Positions 28,531 through 38,600 of a DNA stretch of 64,000 nt are shown here, piece after piece (within the stretch, counting starts at the first letter, position 1; every line of letters starts with the position of its first letter). The stretch comes from an uncultured Verrucomicrobiota bacterium. Its GTDB lineage: Bacteria > Verrucomicrobiota > Verrucomicrobiia > Limisphaerales > UBA9464. Both the position numbers and the translations under genes were made by a program. Under the pieces are notes generated by a model. The model was given only the letters and a program-made list of their open reading frames with translations, made no database searches and had not been told where the DNA came from. The stretch lies in contig CAYYSX010000001.1 in assembly GCA_964474315.1 (NCBI GenBank), positions 578-64,577 of the forward strand, in the 5' to 3' direction.

Positions 28531-28593
28531 CCCGCGGGCAGGTTGAAAACCTGCGGTACAGCAGACCCGGAGGTCTGCGCTACACGGGAAGCG

Positions 28594-31500
28594 CTACCGG
28601 GGAACTTGTTGCGAATGCATGAGGTAGGCGACCAGGTCCCGGGCCTGCTCCGATGACAGGCCTTCCAGCAGGCCGTCCGGCATCAGCGACTGCTCGGGCT
28701 GTTCCAACGACGTGATGTCGGTTTCCTCCACCGTGACTTCTTCCGTCTGGCTCTGCACCGTTACGGTCCGGCCGTTGCGATCGCGCATTACTCCGTTCAA
28801 CACCCGGCCGTCTTTCAGGGAAACAATGGCCATGCGATAGTCCGCCGGCACCACCGCGCCTGGATCCACGATGTGGTCGAGCAGGTAGTCCAGGTTGCTG
28901 CGGCCGGAACCAGTGAGATCGGGACCGACGGTTCCGCCCTCGCCGTAAAGCCGGTGACATGCGCCACACACTTGCTGGAAAACAGCCCGGCCACTGGATA
29001 AGTCGGCCTGCTTCAGCACCTCAGCCGACAACTGGCGTCGCAGGCGGGTTTTAACGTCCTCTTTGTCGGCCTCGGGCGGTCGCAAGACACCCCAGACCTC
29101 GGCCAGCCGAGCCGTCAGTTCGGCGTTGTTCAGACTGGCGATCTGGCGAGCTTGGAACGGCGCGAGGTCGGCGCGGGAGATTTGCCCGGCCGCCATTGCG
29201 TCGAGCAGCACGCGAGCGGAGGCCGGCCGGGTGACCATCGCGCCCAGCACTGGAGGGCGTTCCTCCAGCCCCAGCCAGAGGTATTGTCCGGTCGCCAGAG
29301 TCGCCGCACCGGGGTCATCGAGCTGAAGCAGGCCGATCAACGCTGCCGAACGGAGGGTGCCGTCACTGACTGCCTGCCGTAGCAGCGGCCCCAGGTTTTC
29401 GGCCCGGGCGTCCACCAGGGTTTTCAGGGCTTGTCGCCGGGCTCCCGTATCGGACCCAGGATCAGCGACGATCGCCCGCAGTTCGTCCAACGCTCGTCCG
29501 TCGCCAAACACCACGCCCAGTTCGCGGACCTGCTCTTGCACACTTGGATTGGCGGACACCCGAGCCACCAGTTCCGCCCAGGCCGCTGGCGCCGATGCCT
29601 TTCTCCAACCTTTCAAAGCGGAATGCAATCCGACGACGACATCCTCCTGGAAGTCGGAGCCCAACGGCGTCACCGCGGCCACCAACGCCGACACCGGCTT
29701 GGGGCTCGTTTCCAGATCCGCCGCCAAACGTCGGGCCACCCGTTGGCGAACCGCAGGAATGCGGCCGGCCAGCAGGAGCCGGACCGCCTCCTCGGGCTGC
29801 GCGGCGACCAGCGGTTCGATGCCGTACCAGATCATCAGGGGCAGATTGGGATCGGCGGCGTCCTCCGCATGACCCAGCAGCGCAGTCGCCACACGGGCGC
29901 GGTCAGGGAAGGCTAAGCGTTGGAGTGCGGAAGCCACATACAGGCGGACCAAGGCCGAGGAATCGGAAGCCCCCAGTTCTTCCAGCCGTCGGACCACCGC
30001 CGCGCTCGCCGGCAGCGCGGCCTGACGCTCCTGCGCGGCTGTCTGCCAGGGCCTCCCGGACGGATCGTCCATGGGCCAGTCATCCACCAACAGGCGAACT
30101 GCCCAACTGCGCACCGCTTCCTCCGGATCCCGCGTCCGTTCCAGCAGCCAACCGGTTGGAAATTCGCCCACGGAGTTCAGGGCCCACATCGCCCGCAGAC
30201 GGCCCGCCGCAGTGGGTTGTCGGTCGTATGCCTCCAGCACGGCCTGGCGAACCGGTGCCGGATCGGTTCCGGCGCGTATCCGGTCGGCCAGGACCCGGTG
30301 CGCGTGGCGACTCAGCCATTCGTTGCGGTAGAAGAGTCGCTGTACCAATTCCGCCGTCGGCGCGGTCGGCATCCCGGTAACCTCGACCGGTGCCGGATCG
30401 CCCTGGGTGACCTTGTAGATCCGACCGGAACTGCGGTGGACGCCATCGCTTTCGTGGCATTCACCCGTGTCGGACCAATCGGCGATGAACACCCCGCCAT
30501 CGGGTCCGTACAGCAATTCCAGTCCGCGGAACCAGGGATCCGCCACGGAGAACAGGTCCGGTTCATGTCGCCCCACGAAGCCGGAGCCTTGGCGTTCCAG
30601 GCGTTCCTGGTTCACGCGGCGTCCGTGGAAGTTGAGAGTGAACAACCGGCCGCGCAGTGATTCGGGCCAGTTCACCCCCAGATAGATCATCAACCCGCAG
30701 TGCGCATGACCCCCGCCCAGGGCATCACTACCCGGAGCGAAGGAACTGCCGTCGTGCGCGGCCCGTGACTTGGTCCAGCCGGCTCCCGTGTCGAAGTGGT
30801 AATGGTCCGCGTGTTGGCCAATCAGCCCATAGTTGTGCGGATGGACGTCGTCACCGTGCATCCGCTGGAAGTGCGCACCAGGGATGGCATGCCAGAGGTG
30901 TCCAATGACCGTGTTGATGAAGAACGGCTCGCCCAGTTCGTTCCAGTCGAGGCCCCAGGGATTAGTCGTGCCGTGACTCACGGCTTCGACGACCCGCCGT
31001 TCTGGATGGTAGCGCCAAATTCCACCCCGCATCTCGATTCGTTCCGCTTCCGGGGTTCCAGGGACGCTGATGCGCGCGCCGCTCGAGATTCCCACCCGTC
31101 CCCAGATCCAGCCGTCGGGTCCCCATTTGAGGCCGTTGGCAAAAGTATGTCGGTTACCGGTCGTGGTCTCGAAACCGTCCAGGAGGACCTCGGGGGGACC
31201 ATCGGGCACGTCGTTGCCATCGCGATCGGGTAGGAAGAGCAACTGCGGCGGACACATCAGATAGACGCCGCCGTAGCCGGGAAGAACGCTGGTCAGCAAT
31301 TTGGCCTGGTCCCAGAAGACGGTGCGTCGGTCGGCCCGTCCGTCGTGGTTGAGGTCTTCGAGAATCAGGACGCGGTCGTTGAACTCGCGTGCGAAATTCA
31401 CCTTCGATTCGGCATAAGTAAAATTCTCCGCCACCCACAGCCGGCCTCGGGAATCGAAGGCCAGCGCGATGGGCTGCCGAATATCCGGTTCGGAAGCAAA

Positions 31501-31656
31501 GACGCTGACTTTGAATCCGGGGGGCAGTTGGAATCCGGCGGCGGCCGCGGCGGCGGGCAGGGGGACGCCGCGGGTTTCGGAGTCAGTGGGTTCGGGGAAG
31601 TCCGCCGCGACCACCAGTAGCGGCAACATCAGGAACAGGCAGGGGAAACGGAGCAC
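28594..31656 (-). CDS. PVC-type heme-binding CxxCH protein (membrane-bound dehydrogenase domain, HEAT repeats, C-terminal cytochrome c domain)
   Basis: The N-terminal segment is FKVSVFASEPDIRQPIALAFDSRGRLWVAE. The central region is HEAT-like. The C-terminal segment is CGACHRLYGEGGTVGPDLTG...SLMPDGLLEGLSSEQARDLVAYL. Confidence 0.85.
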   Translation of the reverse strand: MLRFPCLFLMLPLLVVAADFPEPTDSETRGVPLPAAAAAAGFQLPPGFKVSVFASEPDIRQPIALAFDSRGRLWVAENFTYAESKVNFAREFNDRVLILEDLNHDGRADRRTVFWDQAKLLTSVLPGYGGVYLMCPPQLLFLPDRDGNDVPDGPPEVLLDGFETTTGNRHTFANGLKWGPDGWIWGRVGISSGARISVPGTPEAERIEMRGGIWRYHPERRVVEAVSHGTTNPWGLDWNELGEPFFINTVIGHLWHAIPGAHFQRMHGDDVHPHNYGLIGQHADHYHFDTGAGWTKSRAAHDGSSFAPGSDALGGGHAHCGLMIYLGVNWPESLRGRLFTLNFHGRRVNQERLERQGSGFVGRHEPDLFSVADPWFRGLELLYGPDGGVFIADWSDTGECHESDGVHRSSGRIYKVTQGDPAPVEVTGMPTAPTAELVQRLFYRNEWLSRHAHRVLADRIRAGTDPAPVRQAVLEAYDRQPTAAGRLRAMWALNSVGEFPTGWLLERTRDPEEAVRSWAVRLLVDDWPMDDPSGRPWQTAAQERQAALPASAAVVRRLEELGASDSSALVRLYVASALQRLAFPDRARVATALLGHAEDAADPNLPLMIWYGIEPLVAAQPEEAVRLLLAGRIPAVRQRVARRLAADLETSPKPVSALVAAVTPLGSDFQEDVVVGLHSALKGWRKASAPAAWAELVARVSANPSVQEQVRELGVVFGDGRALDELRAIVADPGSDTGARRQALKTLVDARAENLGPLLRQAVSDGTLRSAALIGLLQLDDPGAATLATGQYLWLGLEERPPVLGAMVTRPASARVLLDAMAAGQISRADLAPFQARQIASLNNAELTARLAEVWGVLRPPEADKEDVKTRLRRQLSAEVLKQADLSSGRAVFQQVCGACHRLYGEGGTVGPDLTGSGRSNLDYLLDHIVDPGAVVPADYRMAIVSLKDGRVLNGVMRDRNGRTVTVQSQTEEVTVEETDITSLEQPEQSLMPDGLLEGLSSEQARDLVAYLMHSQQVPR

Positions 31657-31850
31657 GGAGGAAGGCTAGCGACCCTGACCTTTCCCAGCCACTCCCAGAA
31701 TGCGGAGTGTCGCCACTCGATGAAAGTGTCCCCGGGGAGGGCTCGATAAGAATGTCCCCTGCGTGCGCGCCTGCGACGCAGACGCGCACGATGCAAGGGA
31801 GGAGGGGAGGAGGAAGTGTAGTTTTCAGCGGACACGACTTAGCTCTCCAT

Positions 31851-31879
31851 AAAAAAAGGGCCGGACGTTGGTCCGGCCC
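31851..31879 (-). terminator. Rho-independent terminator of the 31901-35464 gene
   Basis: The 9-bp GC stem is GGGCCGGAC / GTCCGGCCC with loop GTTG. It is followed on the minus strand by a T7 run (A-run at 31851-31857 on the plus strand). It lies 22 nt after the stop codon. Confidence 0.85.
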
Positions 31880-31900
31880 CCTGGTAGTTCGGTCCGTCGA

Positions 31901-34900
31901 TCAGTTGGCCGAACGGAAGTATTGGGCGTCAGCCTGGCTGCCCGCCGGGATGGTGTAGGTCGGAGCGGTGGCGCCCGGAACGGGACTGTAGGTGCCATTC
32001 AGGGTAGCTGACGACTGCAGCGTCCCGCTGAAGGTGATGACCACGTCGCCCGTGTCGTTAGTGCCGACCGAGACCGTGGGTGTCGTCGGCGGAGTGATCG
32101 GCGGAATAGTGCTCAGGTCCTGGCTTTCCAAGCCGGCGGCATAGATGGCCTGGACCTCCGACGCTCCCAAAGGACGCGTCCACAAGCCGATATCATCGAG
32201 CTTGCCGGTCCAGAGACCTGGATTGTTTTCAATCAACTTCGAGCAGATGGTGTCAGTGGGATCCTCGGGATCCAGGACATTGTCCAAAATGCCACCGATG
32301 CCGAGGCAGGGTGCAGTGGCGGAGGTGATCTGCCCGAGGTAGTCGACGCTGCCCACGCTTTGACCGTTGCGGTAAATGGTCACACGGGTGCCGTCCGCAA
32401 CCAGGACGACATGGTGCCACTGAGCCATGGGCAAGGGGGTGGTGTCTCCTTCCCGAGCCGAGTACGGGTTGGGGCCGGCGACGACGAGGCCGCGGAGGTC
32501 ACCGTCCAAGCCGACCAGGTTCAGCTCAAACTGGCTGAGTCGAACCCCGGCGGAGTTGGGCACACCGGCATTGGCGATGATGGTCGCATTCTCTCCGTTC
32601 GCATCCGACCAGACCCAGGCACTCACGGAGACCGCAGTGGTGGCCTTGGTGTAATTGGGGACGACGACGAAATTGCCAAAACCATCGAAGGTCAGCGCAT
32701 TGCCGGCGCGGCCGGGAACCCAGTGCGCCGTGGCGTCCAGATAGTTGTTCAGTTCGCCGGGTTCGCCTCCGGCCGCAGAATTGGCGGCGGTGGTGCCGGT
32801 GGTTTCGTCAAACTTCCAATGGGCCACCAAGCGGTCGCTGATCTGGCCATTGTAAGTGGACAGCACTACGGCGGCGCTGAAGGTCGATCCACCCGCATTG
32901 CCGACCGCGACGCTGTAGGTGCCGGTATCGGCGTCGGTCACCCCGGCAATATTGAGGGTGGCCGTGGTCGCTCCGCTAATTTTGCCGCCATCGGTGAGGT
33001 TCACGGAGCCCTTGCGCCATTGATAGGTCAAAGGACCGGCACCGGTGGCGGTAACGCTGAAGCTGGCCGTGGCGCCGACGACCACGTTTTGGCTGGTGGG
33101 CTGGGCGCTGACGACGGGCGGTTCAACCGTGGCTGGCGGGTTGAGGAGGAGCTGCACGGCATTGATCGGCGCGGTTCCGGCCGGGACTTCCCCCGGTTCA
33201 TTATAGGACACGGCGCTGAGGATGATGGTTCCTGAGGCGTCCGGTTGGATATTGTCGAACCGGACGTAGTTCGCCACCGAACGAGCCGCGGCCGTGGTGG
33301 CCGTACCGCGGATATACTGCGGGTCCGGATTGAACTCGTCCGAATTCTGCGCCCGGACATAAATCGTCGGCGAGGTGGTCACGCCGGTGACGTAATAGTC
33401 AGCGTCGTTAAAGGCGAGCGGACGGTTCACCGTGTACACGATGACCGAATGCGTACCCGCAGGAATCCCGTAGAAGGAGATCATGGCGGGATCGTTCTCG
33501 TTCTGGTGGTCAAGGAAGCCATTGAGCAGCTTGCGATCCGCGTTGTCGGTGCCGGTGCCGGTGCCCCAACTGTTGCTGGCCGAATAGTTCACCGTGATGG
33601 TCGAGGCATTGTTATCGCTGTCCTTCACTTCCGGAACGCTGTCGAAATCCGGCAGGTCGCCCGAGGTGCCCACGGCATTGTTCCAATAGGCTTGTTGATG
33701 TACCCCTCCGACGTCGGTGGGTTCCAGCGGCGTGGGAGCACCATTGGCCCCGCCACCGACAAAATTGACCCCGATGCTCTTGGTGGTGGAGGGGGTGAAG
33801 ATCCTGATGTGGCCCGACTCCGACTGGCTGGAGAGCGCGCCGTTTCTGGCCACGGCGTAATACGCGTCACCGTCATTGGCCGCGGTCACTGGCTCGGTGG
33901 TGTACGACAGTTGGGTGGCGCCGGAAATGGCCTCACCATTTTTGTACCACTGAATTTGCCAGGGGCCGTTGACGGCCACAAAGAACCGGGCGGCCGCACC
34001 GACCAGTACCGAGGTGTCGGCCGGTTGGGTTCGGAACTGGGGCAACGCGCCGCTGTCGGCTGAGAATCCGAGGAATTCCACTTCGGCAATCTGCATGGAA
34101 TTGGCCGAGTCCGGATTGGCGACCGTGGGGAAGATCAATCGGTAAGTGGAATAGGAGGTCGAATTCTCGAAGAAGATTTCCACGAGCTGATACCGCTCGG
34201 TGAACGCCGGGACGTCGCCCGACGAGATGAGAGTGAAGTCAATGCCATCATTGGAACCCGAGAGCACGTAGCTGGCGGGATCCCGTTCCGGGGCGTCGTT
34301 AGCCGACAGAAGCGTCAGGCCGGTGACGATGGTCTTGCCCACCGACGGGGTGACGGTGAAGCCGGTGTCGAGTATGTCGAAGTTGAGATACTTCGTCGGC
34401 TGATTGTCGATGGCATTGGCCACGCCTTCCGAGCCGGGGCTGTTGTTGGAAGTGGCCTCGATGGGATCGCCCGGCTGGGTGACATCCTGGGGAGCAACGG
34501 TTCCCAGCAGCTCGACTTCAGCGATCTGCATGCTGTTGGCCGAGTCGGGGTTGGCCACGGTCGGGAAGATCAGTCGGTAAGACTTGTAGGGCTGGGTGTT
34601 CGCGAAAAAGACTTGGACTGTCTCGTACCGGGCAGTGAAGGCCGGAACCTCGCCGGACGAGATGACAGTAAACGTGGCCCCGTCGTCATTCGATCCCGCC
34701 AGTTCATAGGTGGCCGGATCCCGTTCCGGCGCGTCATTGGCCGACTGGAGAGTTAGCCCGGAGACGATGGTGGCTCCTACCGACGGAGTGACGGTGAAAC
34801 CCGTGTCGAGTATGTCGAAGTTGAGATACTTCGTCGGCTGGTTGTCGATGGCATTGGCCACGCCTTCCGAGCCGGGGCTGTTGTTGGAAGTGGCCACGAT

Positions 34901-35464
34901 GGGATCGCCCGGCTGAGTCACGTCCGGGGGCACGACCGTTCCCAAGAATTCCACCTCGGCGATCTGCATGCTGTTGGCCGAGTCGGGGTTGGCCACGGTC
35001 GGGAAGATCAGTCGGTACACCTTGAAGGCCTTGTCGTTGGCGAAGTCGATCTGCACGGTTTCGTACCGCTCGGTGAAGGCTGGCACTTCCCCGGAGGAAA
35101 TCTCCGTAAACGTGGCTTCCGGATCACTCAGGGCGCCCTCGTCGTTGGAGCCGGACAACACGTAGGTCGCCGGGTCGCGTTCCGGGGCGTCATTGGCCGA
35201 CTGGAGGGTCAACCCGGTGACAATGGTGGATCCGACCGAGGGGGCGACGGTGAAGCCGGTGTCGAGTATGTCGAAGTTGAGGTACTTCGTTGGCTGGTTG
35301 TCGATGGCATTGGCCACGCCTTCCGAGCCGGGGCTATTGTTGGAGGTGGCCACGATGGGATCACCCGGCTGGGTGATATCGCTCTGCGCCCACCCGGTGA
35401 TTGTGCCTGCGAACGCGAGCGCCACGGCCAGGCCGGGAGCAAGCCACGATTTTTGGCTAAGCAT
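31901..35464 (-). CDS. giant secreted protein with three discoidin (F5/8 type C)-like domains, Ig-like domains and a LamG domain
   Basis: A signal peptide is present. Three ~146-152-aa repeats run D(I/V)TQPGDPI.ATSNNSPGSEGVANAIDNQPTKYLNF ... SMQIAEVE(F/L)LG. The Ig-like segments include LTYQWRKGSVNL...DTGTYSVAVGN. The LamG segment is LVAHWKFDETTG...LDDIGLWTRPLGASEVQAIY. Confidence 0.8.
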   Translation of the reverse strand: MLSQKSWLAPGLAVALAFAGTITGWAQSDITQPGDPIVATSNNSPGSEGVANAIDNQPTKYLNFDILDTGFTVAPSVGSTIVTGLTLQSANDAPERDPATYVLSGSNDEGALSDPEATFTEISSGEVPAFTERYETVQIDFANDKAFKVYRLIFPTVANPDSANSMQIAEVEFLGTVVPPDVTQPGDPIVATSNNSPGSEGVANAIDNQPTKYLNFDILDTGFTVTPSVGATIVSGLTLQSANDAPERDPATYELAGSNDDGATFTVISSGEVPAFTARYETVQVFFANTQPYKSYRLIFPTVANPDSANSMQIAEVELLGTVAPQDVTQPGDPIEATSNNSPGSEGVANAIDNQPTKYLNFDILDTGFTVTPSVGKTIVTGLTLLSANDAPERDPASYVLSGSNDGIDFTLISSGDVPAFTERYQLVEIFFENSTSYSTYRLIFPTVANPDSANSMQIAEVEFLGFSADSGALPQFRTQPADTSVLVGAAARFFVAVNGPWQIQWYKNGEAISGATQLSYTTEPVTAANDGDAYYAVARNGALSSQSESGHIRIFTPSTTKSIGVNFVGGGANGAPTPLEPTDVGGVHQQAYWNNAVGTSGDLPDFDSVPEVKDSDNNASTITVNYSASNSWGTGTGTDNADRKLLNGFLDHQNENDPAMISFYGIPAGTHSVIVYTVNRPLAFNDADYYVTGVTTSPTIYVRAQNSDEFNPDPQYIRGTATTAAARSVANYVRFDNIQPDASGTIILSAVSYNEPGEVPAGTAPINAVQLLLNPPATVEPPVVSAQPTSQNVVVGATASFSVTATGAGPLTYQWRKGSVNLTDGGKISGATTATLNIAGVTDADTGTYSVAVGNAGGSTFSAAVVLSTYNGQISDRLVAHWKFDETTGTTAANSAAGGEPGELNNYLDATAHWVPGRAGNALTFDGFGNFVVVPNYTKATTAVSVSAWVWSDANGENATIIANAGVPNSAGVRLSQFELNLVGLDGDLRGLVVAGPNPYSAREGDTTPLPMAQWHHVVLVADGTRVTIYRNGQSVGSVDYLGQITSATAPCLGIGGILDNVLDPEDPTDTICSKLIENNPGLWTGKLDDIGLWTRPLGASEVQAIYAAGLESQDLSTIPPITPPTTPTVSVGTNDTGDVVITFSGTLQSSATLNGTYSPVPGATAPTYTIPAGSQADAQYFRSAN
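34060..35385 (-). repeat. intragenic tandem triplication (periods 456 and 438 nt) encoding the three discoidin-like domains
   Basis: The string CACGCCTTCCGAGCCGGGGCT recurs with starts at 34421, 34859 and 35315. It sits inside nearly identical ~100-nt blocks (GTGACGGTGAAGCCGGTGTCGAGTATGTCGAAGTTGAG.TACTTCGT.GGCTG.TTGTCGATGGCATTGGCCACGCC...). Boundaries are approximate. Confidence 0.85.
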
Positions 35465-35691
35465 AGGTAGATAGAGGTTCGTATTGAGGTCCCAAAAGTA
35501 AGGGGAAGGAGAGAAGGGCTCCTGATTTCCTCCTTCAAGTCAACTCTGGTGTGGCTGACTGCTGAAAAACCCCAAAATGGAGTGCCCAGGGCGACTTGAT
35601 TGAGGAGGACTGGACTGAATTGGAAACGCTCAGCGTGGGCCGGCAATTCGGACCGACGCCGCTACAGCTTTGAGAACTTCCACGGAGGAAG

Positions 35692-38600
35692 TCAGCGAGG
35701 TGACTCGACCCGGATTTCGGCTTCTCCACCCGCTGCTTCGGCTTCCGTCACCTGACCACCGGGCCAGCGGACGCGGAGGTGCATTGCATCCCCGGTTCCT
35801 TTCGGGCGGGCCAGCACGATCGTCGGGGCATCCGTTGACAGGTAACCGGCTCCGGCATGCAGCTCTCGGGCCGGACCGTGCCCGGCGCCATGGATCAGTT
35901 GAACCACCGCTCCGATGCCGGTCGGGTTGCCCGGCGGGCCAGCCAGTTTCACTCGCAGGCCGGGTTGGCCCCGGCGATTGCGGAAGAGCCGGGTTTCCGC
36001 ACCGTTCTGCGTCACAATTAGATCGGGTCTTCCGTCCCGGTCGAAATCCGCGGTCGCGGCCCCGCGTTGTTCACCCAGAATATTCAGCCCGGAAAGACGG
36101 GCCGGCTGAGGTATCAGTCCGCCGCGTCCGTCGCCGCGCAGCCAGAGTCCTTGGCCGGCGTCGCGTCGAGGCAGACCGGGACGCAGGGCGAAGAAATTCT
36201 GGCTCAGGAACAGGTCCTCAGCGCCGTCGCCATCGAAATCGGCGACCACCGCCGCCAACGCCGGAGTCCATTGAGCCTCGTCGGGCAGGCGCCGGAGTTC
36301 GAAGCGGTCGCCTCGATTGAGAAGCAGAATCGTCGCCAGGATGTTCGCTTCGAAGCGCCGGGAATCGGGTTCCTGAGGTCCCAGAACTTCGCTCAGGGTG
36401 GCCTCGCTGAAGGCGCGGAACGAATGGAATTGGCCGACCAACCACGGCATGCCCTCGGCCAGCTCCGGCAAGGATCGGATGGGCGTCAACGCCTGCCGTT
36501 GATGATCCCAGGCGGCCTCCACCAACGCGAGCCGCCCGTCCCCTGGCCCGTCCACCGCGATCAGCCAGGCCGGAGACCGGCCTGGGAGGGCATCCTCACG
36601 GTTCTCCCCCCAATTCGTCGCCACGAGATCCAACCGACCGTCACCATCGAAGTCGCCGGCAGTGACGCCATTCCAACGGCCGGTCAGGTCTTCCAATGAC
36701 TTTTGGTCGCCACCAACGAGGGCCGGATTCCACGGTTTCAGCGTGCCGCGCTCATTGCGAAAGATCCGGATCGGTCCCCATTCGCAGGCCAGGACCAACT
36801 CGGCGAACCCGTCCCCATCGAGGTCGGACCAAACGGCGCCATTCACGCTGCCCGAATCCGCTACCACTTGCGAATTCGCTTCGTCCACCACCCAACGCTC
36901 ACCTTCACGTCGTAGAATGCGACTGGGACCTCCTTCCGGGTACCGCCCGGTGCGGGCTCGCCCCCCGGCGAACAAGTCCAAATCCCCATCGCCGTCGAAA
37001 TCCGCCAACGCCAGCGGACCGAATCCCTCCGGCGGTAGGCGCCCATCGCTTTGGGCGGGGGTGGGCGTCGGACCGAATTCCGCCAGCACATTCGACATCC
37101 CGGGAGGAGCGGCATGACGATCCAACGCCGCCAGCAGATGCTGGCCGGAGCCAGCGGGCACGGGAACGATCCCCAATAGGTCGGTGACGACCGACGATTC
37201 AAGGCCCGGCCAAGCCAAAGGGGTAAAAGAACCAGTGGGATCATTGCGGAACACCGCCAAGCGACCCCCGGTGCCGCTGCCAAGGGCCAGGTCATCCCGA
37301 CCGTCTCCATCCCAATCCGCCCAAACGACCCCAGGACCGCTCTGGCTCAGTCGCCTCGGCAGGAGTGGCTGCCGACCGAAGTCGTCTGCGGTGTTTTCGG
37401 TATGCCGGTGTTGCAGAAGGGCCGACCGATCCTCAAACCACGGTTCCACCGCGGGCACCGGCGGTGGGGGAGGGGCGGTGTCCAATCCGGCCTCCTGCCG
37501 GATTTCATATTCCCGATTGGCTTGGATTCCCTCGATCACCCGCCGGGTGCCATCACGCCAGCGGACCTCCAAGGTGGCCGGTTCACGGTTGGTTCCGGCG
37601 GCAAACACCAGAAGGGGATCACTGCCCGACAGATAGCGGCCCCCCCCGATGACCTCCTGACGTTGAACGGGTCTCCCGGGTGCGCGTAACGTGACGACGG
37701 CGCCCAAGGCTTCCGTGTTGGGAGTCCGGCCCTTCAGTCGAACCGCGATCCGAGGGGCGGTGCTCTCGTTGCGAAAAAGGGCGGCCGGTCCGTTGAGGAC
37801 GTTGATCGCCAAGTCCAGATCCCCGTCTCCGTCGAAATCAGCCGTGGCGATCCCGTGATAAACGGCCGGTCGGCCGGTACCCCACTCCGATGTCACATCG
37901 CGAAAGCGCAGTTCACCTTCATTTCGGAAAGCCACCACCGGCGTGTTCAAACGGGGATACAATTGGAGATTGGCCAAACGGTCGTGGGCGATTTGCCGGC
38001 GTCGTTCCGCTGGATCGGCGATGCCTTTCCGGTCCCGTTCTCGTGCTTCGACGGCCGCTTCCGCATCCCGATCTTGAACGTCGCGGGCATGCCCTGAGGT
38101 GATCAACAGGTCCGGGCGTCCGTCCAAATCGACGTCGAGGAACACCGGCTGCCACGACCATTCCGAGGCCGCGACGCCGGCGAAGGCCGCCAGCTCCCGG
38201 TAGGATCCATCGGACTGCGCCAGGAACAACGTGTTGCGCAGGGTCTGTGGCTGGTTAGTGAACACGCCCGGCACTGCGGGGGACTCGGTCTGAGCCTCCC
38301 TTTGTTGCTTCCGCCAGGCCAAATCCCGACTGAGCATATCGACGACGAAAATCTCTGGCCGACCGTCCTCGTTCAGGTCCGCCAGATCCACCCCCATGGA
38401 GCTGCCGCTGATCTGGCGGAGCGCCGAGGTGGAAAGCGCTTGGAAGATCCCTCGTCCGTCATTGATCCACACCCGATCGGGGGTCCAAAAGTCGTTGCAG
38501 ACGTACAGGTCCGGTGCGCCATCGCCATTGAGATCCCGGAACGTGACAGAAAGGCCCCAATCCAGTGGAGGTCCGCCCACCGGATTTCCGAACTCATCGC

